Below are positions 23,833 through 36,820 of a stretch of 64,000 bases of DNA, one piece after another. Each line of letters starts with the position of its first letter. Position 1 is the stretch's first letter. A model generated the notes under the pieces. That model saw only the letters and a program-made list of their open reading frames with translations, was not told where the DNA came from and did not search any database. Source of the DNA: Dipteris shenzhenensis (Eukaryota); the NCBI GenBank assembly GCA_047967505.1, contig CM106538.1, one strand, 5' to 3'. Made by a program: the position numbers and the translations under genes.

Positions 23833-24830
23833 GCCACTCACTTGCTCCACTTGGGTAGGTGCTTTTATGAGAGGGGGTGTTCCTCTTCAGGTTTTGGCCT
23901 TTCGGGATGCACATGAGGATGCCTTGGTTTTTGGTGTGCATGATGGTGGCAGATTGTTCAGGTCCACAGAGGACATCTTGCTTGAGTTTGCTTTTCAGCC
24001 TATCAGGGTTGTAGGTCTTCTGGTGCAGGGATCAGATTCGGAGTGGTTCCTTGACCTAGACCCCCAGCTTCTTTCCACCGGATCTTGGAGACTTTGGCTC
24101 TACGGGGGAGTTTCCATTAGATATTTGCAATGGAACCCTGGAGAGTGGGAGTGGATTGACGCAGGGCATCGAGAGAAGAGCATCACCTTCTTTCGTTACA
24201 CGATCAGTAATGCCAAGAGATTCTAGCTCAGTAGTAGAGGTTGGATACCTTCTAGAGTTCCTCATTGGGAGGCATTTGATATCATAGCGGATTTGCAGAG
24301 ATGCTTCTGGAAGAGACTCTGGAAATCCCACAGGAATAGAAAGATCACTCTTTTCTTTTGGCTTTCTATCCATGGTGGGATTGCACTGAACCTTTGAAGA
24401 TCCAGACCCTACTTGCCCTTGTTGCCTTTCTGCTCTGGAGATGATTCAACATTGCTTATGGGATTGCAGACAGGCGAGGATGATTTGGATGGGGTTAGCC
24501 AGGATTTTCAGTCACTTTGCTCACTTCCCAGTCTTTATGACATGGGGCTCAGTGGCTTCGCTTTCTCTTACGGGGCCTTAGGTTTTCTATGCCTCAGGTT
24601 TTCTATGAGAGACTTGACTCTTCTTGGGCCATTTCGATTCGTCATCATTAGGTTGAGTCCTGTTCTTTGAATGTGGTACCACACCTTTCTTTTGTAGCTG
24701 TACATGCCTCTGTGGATACCTCTTGGGAGATTCTAGCGAGCATAGCAGCTTGGCATATCTGGAGAGCCAGATGCACAGAGGTATTGGAGGGAACTTAGGT
24801 TCATCCCTCGCACACATTGGCTAGTATCTG
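23833..24830 (+). mobile_element. Family A LINE ORF2 3' fragment
   Basis: Close paralog of 22253-23240 (ORF 23825-24226). Confidence 0.85.
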
Positions 24831-27201
24831 TACGGTAGATATGGGCTAGGTACGGGCTGGGTACAGTCAGCGTACGGTCAGCGCCCGAGCAACGTATGGG
24901 CAAGGTACGTACGACCCAAAAAAAAAAAAGAAAAAGAAACCCTCTCCCACCACCCTCTCCCTCCCCGCCCCCTTCCTTCCTAGCTCAGCTCCCCTACGCC
25001 TCCCCCTTCAGCCTACCTCCGTCCCTCCCCCTCAGTCTTTCCTCTCCTTCCCTTCCCCTCTCTCCTACCCTCTCGTTCTCCTTCTTCCACTGCGCCCGTG
25101 TTCCAGGGCGTCCTGAGCAGTAGTCTCAGGGACTGAGCTTTTTTTAGTGTTGGAATTGGCCTTTTCACATCGATTGGCGAATGGATCCCCATTCAGCCAA
25201 TCTCCGTCCACTTCCACCGGCCGCGAGAATAGTCATTTTTTCAGAAGACGAGTTGAAGCAGCTCAAGAAAGATGTGGAATTAGAGGGCTCTACATCACTT
25301 TTCGCCCACATCTTTGGGTCACACCCTTCCAGATCATAGACTAGAGACTAGATGCTGGCGGCATTACCAGGAGATCTCGCCCCACACCTCAGGGATATTC
25401 GACTTCTGGGACGTGGATTCTTCCAAGTGGTTTTCGACTCCCACGAGTCCACATCCCTTGTTCTCAAAGCTAATCCCCTGGCTTTGGGTTCGAGGAGGAT
25501 CTTTCTTTTACCCTACACCTTGGGCTTTGATCCAGTTGAGGAGGACAGATAGGTCACACTGTTCATTAGGTTTCCTAGTCTTCCTCAGGTCTACCATCGA
25601 TTGCTTGCCACTATCGGAGCCACATTCAAAGTGGTCACTGAGATCCCCCTCCTTCCTGGCATGCCTTCTTCCTCAATAGAGGTAGTCAGTGCAGACGGGG
25701 TGCCTTGTGTTAGGGTCATTGTCTCTGACCCTAACATCTCAGATGACCACATCATGCTTCAACGTCCAGACGACTCTCTCTTTCGACACAGAGTCAAGAT
25801 TTCAGGTAGACAAGACCAGTGCAGGATTTGCAGGACCCTTGGGCACTTTGCTAGAGACTGCCCAAGGAAGAGAAAAAGGCCCAAGAGGTCTTCTGGTGCG
25901 GCTCCTTCACGTACTACCCCAACTGCACCTGCCCAGCACCCTGTACCATGCAATCTAGGACCACAAGGAGCAGCAGGGCGCCCTGCTTCATGCACCCCAG
26001 GACCACCAAGGGCAGCAGGGCGCCCAATGCCTGCAGCACACCCAGTACCACGATGGAGAGCTATCAGATCGGCTCCCTTACCTCAGGAGGAGACCTTTGA
26101 CACCTTCCAGACTCTAGAGGTGGATGCTGTTGCAGCCCCAGACACTACAGCTCCACACCAAGAGGGGCCTTGCACCAGTCCCAATCACCTTGGTTTCTGA
26201 CCATGAGGGGGCTACATGTACTTCTTTCCCGCAGACTGTTCCTACCACAGTCAGGATAATTGAGAAAGTACAGGCACAGATGAGGACTCCAGATTCCTCT
26301 TCAGCCGAGCCATAGGCCTCCTCAGCCCCCAGCTCCAAATCTGCTGATAGAGGCCTGGTAGGTTCTTCTCCTCCATCTTCCACGAGTGTAGGTCTTCTTC
26401 GCATTGGAAATCCCACCGGAATAGAAAAATCACTCTCTTCTTTTGTCTTTCTATTCATGGTGGGATAGCAATAAACCATTGGAGATCCAGGCTCGGAGCT
26501 GACCCTTCTTGCCCTTATTGCCTTTCTGCTTTGGAGACAATACAGCACTGCCTTTGGGATTGCAGACAGGCGAGAATCGTATGGAAGGGGATTGCAAGAC
26601 TTTTCAGCACTTTTGTTCGCCTACCTTTCTATATGACCTGGGGATCAGCGGCTTGGCTTACTCTTTCAGGGCCCCAGGTCTTTTTTGAGAGACTTGACTC
26701 CTCTTCGGCTCCACATCCGACGACACCTTGTGGAGTCGTGCTCTCTAGAGGATGTTCCGGCCACTCTCTTCAGGGCTGCTCATTCCTCGGTCGACTCTTC
26801 ATGGGAGGTCTTAGCTAGCATTACAGCATGGCACATTTGGAGAGCCAGATGCAATGAGGCTTTGGAGGGTTCTCTGGTTCACCCTTCTTAGATCTTGGCC
26901 AGTACTTGGACAGATACGGTACACACTCTGATGGCCAATTGGGCGACCATGCAGGGATCATCTCGAGCAACCTCCTCCATGAGAGTTACTTTTCTCAGAG
27001 ATTGGAGAGACTCTCCCTTCTTTGCTGAAACTTCTACAAGGTTGAGTTGGCATTTTCAGCCTCAGCCTTGGTTTCTTTCTACCTCATTCCTCTGAGGTGT
27101 TTTTTTTTACATGCTTAGCATGTTGTATTTCCGCACAGAGCTTGCTCTAGCGAGTTTCTTTCTTACTTAATAGAAGTCTCTTTTTTGCAAAAAAAAAAAA
27201 A
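24831..27201 (+). mobile_element. Family A LINE with a large internal deletion (ORF1 joined to the ORF2 C-terminus at ~26404)
   Basis: ORF1 25601-26200 with CRICRTLGHFARDC, abrupt switch to the zinc-finger region, poly-A 27189-27201. Confidence 0.85.
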
Positions 27202-27322
27202 TCAGGCAAATAGCAATATATTTTTAATCTGCCTGTATGAAACCATAGCATATGAGCATGAACTAAGAACCTAATAGTAATTCTATTTCCACTAATTTGT
27301 TCAAGACTGTGTTCACTTGTAG

Positions 27323-27446
27323 ATATCATGGTGGGGAGAGGTTAGCCCAATGTAATGAGCTGTCAACAACATTTGTTCTAGGATGTACAAATCCCAGATG
27401 GAATGAGCTCTTAACTTTCCCAATACTTTTGGTTGACTTGCCACCG
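27323..27446 (+). CDS. Internal exon of a phosphoinositide 3-kinase-like gene (C2 domain, class I-like)
   Basis: TTGTAG acceptor with CTAAT branch motif upstream; CCG|GTAAGA donor; YHGGERLAQCNELSTTFVLGCTNPRWNELLTFPILLVDLPP. Confidence 0.85.
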
Positions 27447-27536
27447 GTAAGATTTACTATTTCAATCTCTCTTAATGATAATGAAGCAGTTTCCTTTCTA
27501 TGTTTTTGAAATAAACCATGCATAATAGTGTGGCAG

Positions 27537-27705
27537 GAAGTACGCCTAAATCTGGCACTATACCATGGAAAACCACTAAGCGAAGGTCAAGTGGCATCGA
27601 AGATGGTAGGATGGACCAACTTCTGCTTTGTTGATGAGAATGGAGCTTTCAAAGTCAATAAGCATATTCTACGGTTGTGGAAGGATCATCCTTATTATTC
27701 ATGCG
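27537..27705 (+). CDS. Internal exon of the PI3K-like gene (C2 domain)
   Basis: Follows a 90-nt phase-0 intron; GCAG|GAA acceptor, TGCG|GTAAT donor; EVRLNLALY...MVGWTNFCFVDENGAFKVNKHILRLWKDHPYYSC. Confidence 0.85.
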
Positions 27706-27899
27706 GTAATATCTCCTAAATTTTCAAAGTGGATGGAGAGGCTATTTTTGTTACATGCTCTTTTGTAAGTATGAACAAGGTGGATTTTGATGGCAAAAAC
27801 CAACTTACAATATATTTTACATACAAGTAATTGAGGTAATGCCAATTATTTAACCATACCTGGATATATTTATTTCAAAAGAGAGATTTATATTCAGTA

Positions 27900-28450
27900 T
27901 AACCAAAATACAAAGAAAATACCAGCCTATGAGCTACAACGTCCCATATGAAATTACATATAATCATGCTGGAAATGAGAGTGGTGCAGCCATTCAAGTG
28001 TCTGAAAATGCCTATGGGTGTGTTTGAAAAGAACAATTGTCCATGGCCTCACTCCCTCAAGAAAGAACATCTCCTAGCTTGACCTGCATGGGAAGAACTT
28101 TGAATCCTGCTTCAGGTGGCCATGAGAGTGAATTATGTCATGCCAGATAATGCAAATAGATGGAGAGGTGTAGATCTGTGAGGTAACATGGATTAACAAG
28201 ACAGCAAGATGGACATACAGCCACAGTTTGTCCACGGTGTTCTTGCCATTGCCTGGATTGTTTGCTTTGAAATCTACTAGAGGACTTCCTGAAGTTCTAT
28301 CTCACATATAGCTTCTTGTATATTTTCTGGTCCACACAAAGCCTCCTATCTAATCTCCTCAAGCACCTTCTCATTGTCTCATTCACTCCCTTGAACTCAT
28401 AGAAATTATTCGGCATAATCTCTCACCTGATCTGCTAAGACTCTAAGATG
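27900..28450 (-). mobile_element. Highly decayed LINE 3' remnant
   Basis: Minus-strand traces such as WQEHRGQTVAVCPSC and an IIWHDIIH-like segment; boundaries approximate. Confidence 0.4.
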
Positions 28451-29239
28451 TCACTCCACTCCTTTGCTTCTCAACATCAGAAGAATCTCACTGTGATCTT
28501 TATGTCTGAGATGAGGACCGATACTCTTTTAGTTGGTATTACCAAAGGCATATGGCCATTAATGCAAGGAGATGCTTAGTTTGTTGGTATTAACTAAGGC
28601 CAATGATGCAAGGAGCTGCTTAGTTTGTTGGTCTCTGATGTGTGAAGGTGTGCAAAAGTGCAAGCAGCAAAAGAAAGTGAACACAACACTCAAGACAATA
28701 CTTTACCATAAACAAGTGAAATGCAACAAGCACACCAAGAACACAGTCACAAAATGAGTCCATCATGATGCCAAAAATGGGCTTGGTAGTGGCTGGAGAA
28801 ATCTCTTGTCCCTCTCTGCTGCACCCTAGCCCCTCCACCGCTCGCCAGCTCTGAGCGGGTGGTTCCTTCTGGTGCGTGTCCTCATGCTAGAGGAGAGCTA
28901 TTTGAACATAGTCGTTTCAGGCAAGGATACATATGATATCTATTCAGCAATACCTTTGGGAGTGCAGGCAGCCCACCATAAATTGATAGTCAAAAGGAGA
29001 GAGAGAGAGAGAGAAAGTAAGAAAGAAAGTTTATTAAAGTCTTCAGAAGACCAATGGGTCTTTGAGACTCATAGAAAACTTGATACAAACAAGCAGAAAG
29101 GGTGGAGACACTAAGACGTGCATCACCCATGCTGACTGCTAAGTCCTAGGTAGTACATAGTCGTATCATCAGTGATAACATCAACATAATCATCATCATC
29201 AACATAATCACCATCATCATGTCAATTGTCATCTTTAGG

Positions 29240-29760
29240 TCAGGCAAATGTAGCACACCGTGGGGACCTTATAAGGGTGTAAGAAATCAGGGAAAGGCTT
29301 TGCGGAAGTCCACAAAGCAACAATACAGCTTCTGCTTCCGTGACTTGGCCTCCTTTATGATACAGTGTGAGTACGTGATCCATGGTCCCGTGGTCGTGCC
29401 GGAATCCTGCCTGTCCCTCTGCCCTAAGTCCCTGCATCTCTGCAAATCAGCTGACCTCTATGTCAAGTACTGATGCATATATCTTGGTTCAATCATAATG
29501 GTCCTGTAGTTTTCTAGACTCATGGGATCCCCTGCCTTGTGAATAGGTGTGATAGTGTTAAGAGTCCATGCATGTGGAAAGCCAAGGCAAACTGCTTCAT
29601 TGAATAGCTTTGCTAAGATTTGGGCCAGGATGTCAATTCCATATGCAATAAACTTAGTGTAGAGTCCCTCACGATCTTTCACTCGGCCATTATGAAGCTT
29701 CAATGCCACATCCTTGACACCACCTTTGGTGAATAGAATGCCAAGGGATGGGGCGGGGTG
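29240..29760 (-). mobile_element. RTEX/RTE-like reverse transcriptase fragment
   Basis: KLFNEAVCLGFPHAWTLNTITPIHKAGDP..ENYRTI and QAGFR..HGTMDHVLTL. Confidence 0.75.
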
Positions 29761-29969
29761 AGTGTGAGGAATTTGGGGCAGGCTGGTGGGGAACATAATA
29801 CAAGTTGCATGCATATGTGTGCCACACTTGGGTGTCAGTGAGGGGTGAGGGTGATTTTCATTCAAGGAACTTGCACCAAAAATCAGCTAGATCGACAAGA
29901 AGCACATACGCACAAGAAGAGTACAACAAAAATTCTCACACTAGTTCCATGTATTTCTTCCCAAGTTGG

Positions 29970-32614
29970 TTAAGGAACATAGTGGAGTAGGGAGAGGTAG
30001 GGTAGGAAGGGAAGAGAGCTATGAAGAATGGAGGCAAAGGAAACAACTAGAAAGTATGAAAGACATAACGAAAGAGCGTGAACCAAAAGAAAGTACTCAC
30101 ATGTAGACCAAAGTGCTTGTAGGCTTGATTAGACTGAATAATTTGACAAGTGACAAGCAGCAGAGCTTGTAGCTTGATACTTGATTGATTTGACACTAGA
30201 CAAGTACAACTCTTATATAGAGCACACACACTCATATGAACACCTATGCATATGGGATAACTCCCAATGTGACACGTGGCATCCATAGGACATACTAGAC
30301 TAGAACTCACACTAGAACACACCAAACTGACTCAACTTGGCTTCATATTCTAACATCCCCCCATGAAGGCAAGGTGAGAGACTACTGGAATGGAACCAAG
30401 GACATAACATGACAATGACAGGACTACTAAACTGTCCAATGTATGAACTAGACATGGCTCCCATGCCAACTCAGAGGCTAAAGTCTGAGCATGGTTCGGA
30501 GGTTGGATTGAGCACTCACATGGCTTTACATCCCAAACATGACTCAGAGGCTAATGTCCCAGCGTGGATGCATGAACAACTCAGAGGTCTAGAAGACCAA
30601 TGCACCAACATCCTGGAACTCATATGCCAGGCCTGATAACTAGACCCTATCACTACCAATATATGTTTCCCATAGTACATCCCTCTCTTGACTCCAGGGA
30701 CTAACTAGGAACATGGAGTCACACACCAAACGCATAAGAGAAAATACATCATTTTAGGAGGACTATCCAAGGCAAAGAACCTTTATTAACTCTTCAAACA
30801 TTCTTTTTAGAGGGACTACTCAAGGCAGAGAACCTTTAACTCTAACATATAAAAAAATATATAAAAGATTTCATTCATTTTATGCATAGCACAAGGGCAG
30901 AGAACCCATGAACCCGAAGTAGCTACCGCACAAGAGTGTGCACATCTTGATGCAAAGAGGTATGTCGGTGAAGAACCAGGTGAGGATGCCCTCGAATGAT
31001 GTGTCAATGAAGGCCATAGGAGCAGCTACCAAGGGAGATCATGCCATGACTCTCAATGTGCCGATTGGAGGGTCACCAAATGCTCAAGGGAGCTTCCCAA
31101 TTGAAGATGCAAATCGTGGGCCGCTCAAATCAGATCCATGAGCACTAACAAGAAGCTCGAGTGAAGGCTGTAAGAGAGGCAATCTATGGCGGAATCACAA
31201 GCAATTTTTGGCGTGGATTTCAAGGGTAGGAGCAACAGCAGTAGACGGCATCAGATGGCGCAGAAATTGAGGCAGTCACCGAAGTGTACCGAGATCAGAG
31301 AAATGATATTTGACTGTTCAGGACAGTCAAACACTGAAATGTCGCAATGTCGGAGATGACGAGGTGTGAAAAGAGTATTCCCCACTGTCGGAAGCCTCAA
31401 GTCAATGTACCGGAGTGTCATTATAGTCGAAATAACTTGTGGGTAAGCTCGGGAAGCTCAAATCCTTGCTGGAGGTCATGGGAGTACAAATCTGAGCAAA
31501 AAATGCCAAAAAAAAAAGCCTAAAACTGCTCGGAATCGCCTTCTGACAAGTTGTACGGACTCTTGGCACTGTCTCGCATGCGCCTGCAGAGGTCCATACA
31601 GATGTATGGATAAAAAGGTGAATTTTCCCCTCCTAAAATGGTGCGATACAGGGTCGTTTATGTTTGGGCAGTGCCAAAATGTCAAAAAACGTCGAAATCG
31701 GACCTCGAAAGGTAAAAAAACAGCCGCTGGACTGCTCCAAAACAAGTTTATGGCGACCAAATGAAGAGAAATGTCCGCCAATGCTGAGGGAGAAGCACGA
31801 ACTGATGCGGGAGTGAGCTGAACTCACAAACGAGGACACCGGAGTACTTGATGGCAAGGAACCATGGCAAGGCTAAGGGAAGGGAGGCTCTACCTTAGAG
31901 TAGAGAGGAGCTTCCATTTGCGGGCTTCTCTCATCCTCTAGATAGAGCAAGAAGAAGGTAGGAAGGGAGGCTCTGATACCACATGAAGGCACATGATGGA
32001 GAGGGAGAGAGAGAGAGAGTAGGCTAGGGAGAGAGGAAGTGATACTCAAAGAGAGACATAATGAGATGGAAATGAAATGACTAGAGCAATGAACCAAAAT
32101 GAAAGTACTCACATGTAGACTAAAGAGCTTGTAGCTTGATACTTGATTGATTTGACACTAGACAAGTACAACTCTTATATAGAGCACACACACTCATATG
32201 AACACCTATGCATATGGGATAACTCCCAAAGTGACACGTGGCATCCATAGGACATACTAGACTAGAACTCACACTAGAACACACCAAACTGACTCAACTT
32301 AGCTTCATATTCTAACAGTAGGAAGGGAAGAGAGCTATGGAGGACGGAAGCAAAGGAAACAACTAGAAAGTATGAAAGACATAATGAAAGAGTGTGAACC
32401 AAAAGGAAGTACTCACATGTAGACCAAAGTGCTTGTAGGCTTGATTAGATTGAATAATTTGACTAGTGACACGCACGAGCCTTTATAGGATAGGCACACA
32501 CTAGAGTGCACAAATGTAAACGGGATGGCTCCCAATATGACACGTGGCACTCGCACATAAGACTCTACTAGAACTCCTGGTAGAACACACTAAAACACAC
32601 TTCATGTTCTAACA
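29970..32614 (-). mobile_element. Composite of two related LTR elements: outer LTR type X and inner non-coding element with LTR type Y
   Basis: TSD GTTGG at 29965-29969 and 32615-32619; Y LTR 31984-32317 with PBS reverse complement GGCTCTGATACCA; partial Y copy 30162-30355 followed by PPT reverse complement TCCCCCC; no recognisable pol. Confidence 0.8.
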
Positions 32615-33681
32615 GTTGGAAACCAAACTGTAAATACATTTTGAATAGAAGAGAAGATACAAGAGTTGAGTCCTCCTTGCTCCTCAACAAGCTTTAGGGC
32701 CTTATGATAGAGTGGGCAATAGCCCCTATCATGGTATGGGCGTGGGGTGTTAGGAAGCCAAAGATCCATCTACATGAAAGACTTTGCAGGCCACTTCTCC
32801 CCCCCCATATGGATGAGCAAATGGACGAAATGCTGTAGAAGTAACTACAATAAAATTGGGTTAAGATACCAAGAGGCTTCCTTTTTCAGAACCATGCATT
32901 TCACTGCTATTGCAACAGCAATGTCTTTCTACTGTAATCCATTGTCTAGGAAAAATTCCCTATCCTTTGGGATGCCCTGGTTCTCCTCATTTGAGGGGCT
33001 TGCAGGCAAGCAGCTACAGTTTGGGAAAGTAATAGGACATTGTATTCTAACAATTGGGGCAACCACCTTAGCATGGAATGTGCTGCCACCCATCTACATT
33101 GATGCGAGGTCAAAACAAGTAGTCTCATCAGGTGAGCTTAAGCTAAAGCAATTCTGAAATAATCTTCAATTCGTGCCATTATTATGTCATAAATTCTTCA
33201 ATTTTCTACCAAGTATTCAAGTCATATTAGAAGACCTCTAATGCACATTTTTTAAGATCATCTTATTCAGCCTATCGAACTCTTCAATATTAAGTTCCTA
33301 CTATGGACGTTTTGGAAAACTACAGTGCACATTTGAAAAACTCCATGGATTGATAAGGTGTTTCCAATATCTAACAATTTTAAAAGGATCACTTTCAATG
33401 GGAAAATAGGAGACGCATTGGGTTCACCAGCCATCAGTTCAGTTTCTTGAGATGATAAAAATACTAATTTTACATTTTTGGGGTGAAATGCAATGAACTC
33501 TCTCTATCATGGAATTTGGATAAAGAGTGGATTCTTGTAACAATTTCAAAGCACCTCAAATGCATTTGAAGGTGCAGTCAATAACACACAGGATAAATAA
33601 ATAATATGATAAAATCCTATCGATAGTTGAGAATATTTTACAATCTATGGTTTATAAAAGTGGTCAATTATGAATGTCCAG

Positions 33682-33804
33682 GTACTTTTTGTGAGAATAC
33701 AACTGAAGATTATTCTGGTGTTGTAAGCATTGAGCTTGACCATAGTGCTTCTCCCGTTAGTTTGCAACAAAGAGAAGAACATTTTGGCAAAGCAGATGAC
33801 TCAG
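33682..33804 (+). CDS. Internal exon of the PI3K-like gene (end of C2 domain and linker)
   Basis: TCCAG|GT acceptor completes the phase-1 Gly codon from 27705; GTFCENTTEDYSGVVSIELDHSASPVSL; candidate donor CAG|GTGCAA (3' end less certain). Confidence 0.75.
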
Positions 33805-34269
33805 GTGCAAAATAAGTTTGAAAATTGGATTTTCTATAATAGTTTGGTTTCCAATTTGAGATAATATTCAAGGGGGGAAATCAGAGTATATAAAGGATCA
33901 AAGGCCTTTTTACTTTACTTGATAATTGTGAAATTTGTGAGAGTGGGGAGAGAGAACACAATGTTGGAGAAAGCTTGAGAAGCTGAAATGAATTGCACAA
34001 AAATTTGAAATACAAAAAAGCAATAGGTAGGGGAATGTAGGCAGTGGTGAACTATTGCTTGATGCCATATAATATTTTGAGCTCATTGATTTTATACTTA
34101 TCCCATCTTTCAATCTTTTTGCCATTTTCTTTGTCAACAAGAGCCTTGAATTCAAGAAATTGAGAAATATGTCTTTGATATTACTCAAGATACACAAGCA
34201 AAGCTTGCTTGAATAGTCATCCATGAAGTTAGGATATATTTATGTCCACAAAACGTTTCAGTATTCAAT

Positions 34270-36130
34270 GGAAGGTGTTGAGAACTGTATACATTTCATG
34301 AAGAAATCCTTTCAAGGTTCCTTTCTTGGCAAGAGTCCTCTGAGCACCAAGTTGCATAATAAAGCTTTGCTCTGCAAGTTTGGGTAAAAAATATTGAGGC
34401 CACCTTCCCAGTTGGTTAGGATAAGAGTCTCCCAAGCCGCCTTGGCTTTGGTATCTACTGAAGCATCTATTTTGAGTTGAGTGATGCAGTCCCTAGACTG
34501 GCAACAACAAGAATAAATAAATCAAGCCTTAGCCCAGCAATACTTGGTTGACCACCACTATCCTAGAATGAAGGTCAAGTTTGGCTGACCTCCAAAAGGG
34601 CAGCTTTCTTTTTGACATTCTCTAGGATAGGTGCGAATTATAGGTGCGAATTACTGTGATGGAGATATGCCGCCACCAATTTAGCAGCTTAAGGTTGCTG
34701 ATAGGGACACCCCTTTGGATCTAAGTAAAACTAAAATCAGCCCCCCTAGGCTGGAGTGCCCTCATCACTGATCCAAAAGCCATTGGATTTGTTCCAAATA
34801 ATCTGTGCACCTACTGCACTACAAAACAAATCCACTTGAATTCCGTATTGGTGAAAGAAGCATCAAGTAAATCTATCATATGAGGTTTCACCAGGAATAC
34901 TCTACCAAACCATATGTCTGGCATCATTTCTGGCAAGTGAATCAAGATATACTGAAAGAAGGAAGGCATAAAATTCTGTAGCAATCGGCATGATGGCATG
35001 AGGATCTATCTGCAAAATCCCGTCAGAGTCAATAAGCTGATACATTCTCTCTACCATGTCTCAGGCCGAGAGTAGAGAAAAAGTGTTTATTGACGACTCC
35101 TCCTATCTAGATCCAAAAGGATTCCCATGCATAAAAGGCATAGTTTGCTCTTTGATCTAGCAAGATATGCATATGAGCCATTGCTGTAGCAAGGCACTCC
35201 TGAATGCAAGCATCTGTAGGCCTTTCTACTCTTCTCTCTGAAAGCGTGCTAATTCTCAATGGAGAGAATCTCATGTGTCCTGGTGTTAGAAATAGTATGG
35301 TAAAAATCACGAACACGAGAGTAGTCTTCTACAAAAAGTGAAGGGGGAAGACACTCCACCCTGCAAATGAGAAACCCATATTTGCAAGCATCCTCTGTGA
35401 GGTCCTCCTCTGCATACAACGCATCTAGAATGTTGATTTTAGCATAGTGGCGCCTCTTAGGAGGCTCAAAAATCATAAGGACCACCAAAAAGTGATCCGA
35501 AGTGGTAACCACTGGGGCAATGCATATTGAACCTCCTTTGTCAAGTTTCCAATCATCAACATAGAATCTATCTATCTGTGCATGGATAGGCATCCGCAAC
35601 CTCGTGTTCCACCAAGAAAACTGGAGCGAGTGTGACAAAGTGTGAAAGGCATCATCTGTCCAAGCATCTCTGCCACTGTACTAAAAGAGAGAGGCATCCC
35701 AAGCTACTCTCTCTAGAGAATGAATGGCACCTTCTCTCCTCCCCTTTTTGTCTGAAGGCAGCTCCACCATGTTCAAGTCACCTCCAATAATTCATGACAT
35801 TGGTGACTGTAGTGGAGTACCAAGAGAGAAGTTCCTTCTAGAAAAGGACATGGCCCCCTCTGTTGTTGGAGGCATTAGGTTGAGAAGACAAACAGTATGT
35901 CCACTAATCAATCAAATGATCCACTTTGCTATGGAGGGCATAATGACACCATGTACGATCACAAGAGGAAGATAAGAATTTGATACTGAAATGCATGTTC
36001 CTCCCCTTGTGCCCAAGACAAGAGGCCTCCCAAGGAGACCCCTACATGCACAACCAAATGGCCTCAAAGTGTGTATAGTGTCTGTCCAAATACAGGCCAC
36101 AACTTGGGATGTCGTGGCACTATAGGTCAC
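34270..36130 (-). mobile_element. Rearranged family A LINE remnants (EN and RT fragments)
   Basis: MPIHAQIDRFYVDDW...SDHF (35249-35638); LLCNLVLRGLLPRKEP. Confidence 0.75.
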
Positions 36131-36820
36131 CCCCTTAGCTTTTTTTTCATATTGTAGAGGTCGGAATAGAGTACTTACTCTCCCACCTCCTATATAATTA
36201 TTTTAATGGAATACATTACCACATAAGAAAAAAGACTGTGAGATGGGTGAATCTAGGAGCCATCAAGTACCTCGGTACATCTGGGTCTCCATATGTGCCA
36301 TGCTGAAATGCTCGCTAAGCTCCCAAAAAGTGTGCGGGTCTATAAGAAAAATAGGAACATCATTATAGAGCATGACTCAACTATGTGTCGTTAAATCGAA
36401 AGATCCGAAGAGGATCCATACCTCTTATAAAAAATTTGAGGTCCTAGAAGAGAGAGCCAAGCCTTTGAGCCCTAGGTCATGAAGAAGTGGACGGGAACAA
36501 TAGTACTCAAAAGTCTAGCAATCCTCTTCCAAATTAAATTCTTCTATGTGTAATCCCATAAGCGATGCTGAATGGACTCCTTAGCAGGGAAAACTTGGAC
36601 CGCCACAGGTTATTTGTAATCCTTCCATGAATAGAAAGCCAAAATAAAATAGTGATTTCTATATTCGTGCGGAACTATCAGAGTCTTATCCAAAAGATTT
36701 GAATCTCCCCTCTCCCAATGAGCAATTGGTGGGCTTCTAGTCACCAAGACTCCTCTAAAACCTCCTAGCATTACTAACCATGTAGCAAAAGAAAGGGAGG
36801 TTGTTCTCATGGTTCCTTGC

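Noticed and set aside
27323-33804. Ordinary plant Vps34
   Set aside because: GIYHGGE, NPRWNE and DLP..RL motifs fit class I/II-type C2, not the Vps34 C2 as I recall it; still needs a search to confirm
34263-34316. Possible next PI3K exon (TTTCAG...CAAG|GT)
   Set aside because: Stop in the required phase, and the minus strand is clearly LINE ORF2 (LVLRGLLPRKEP)
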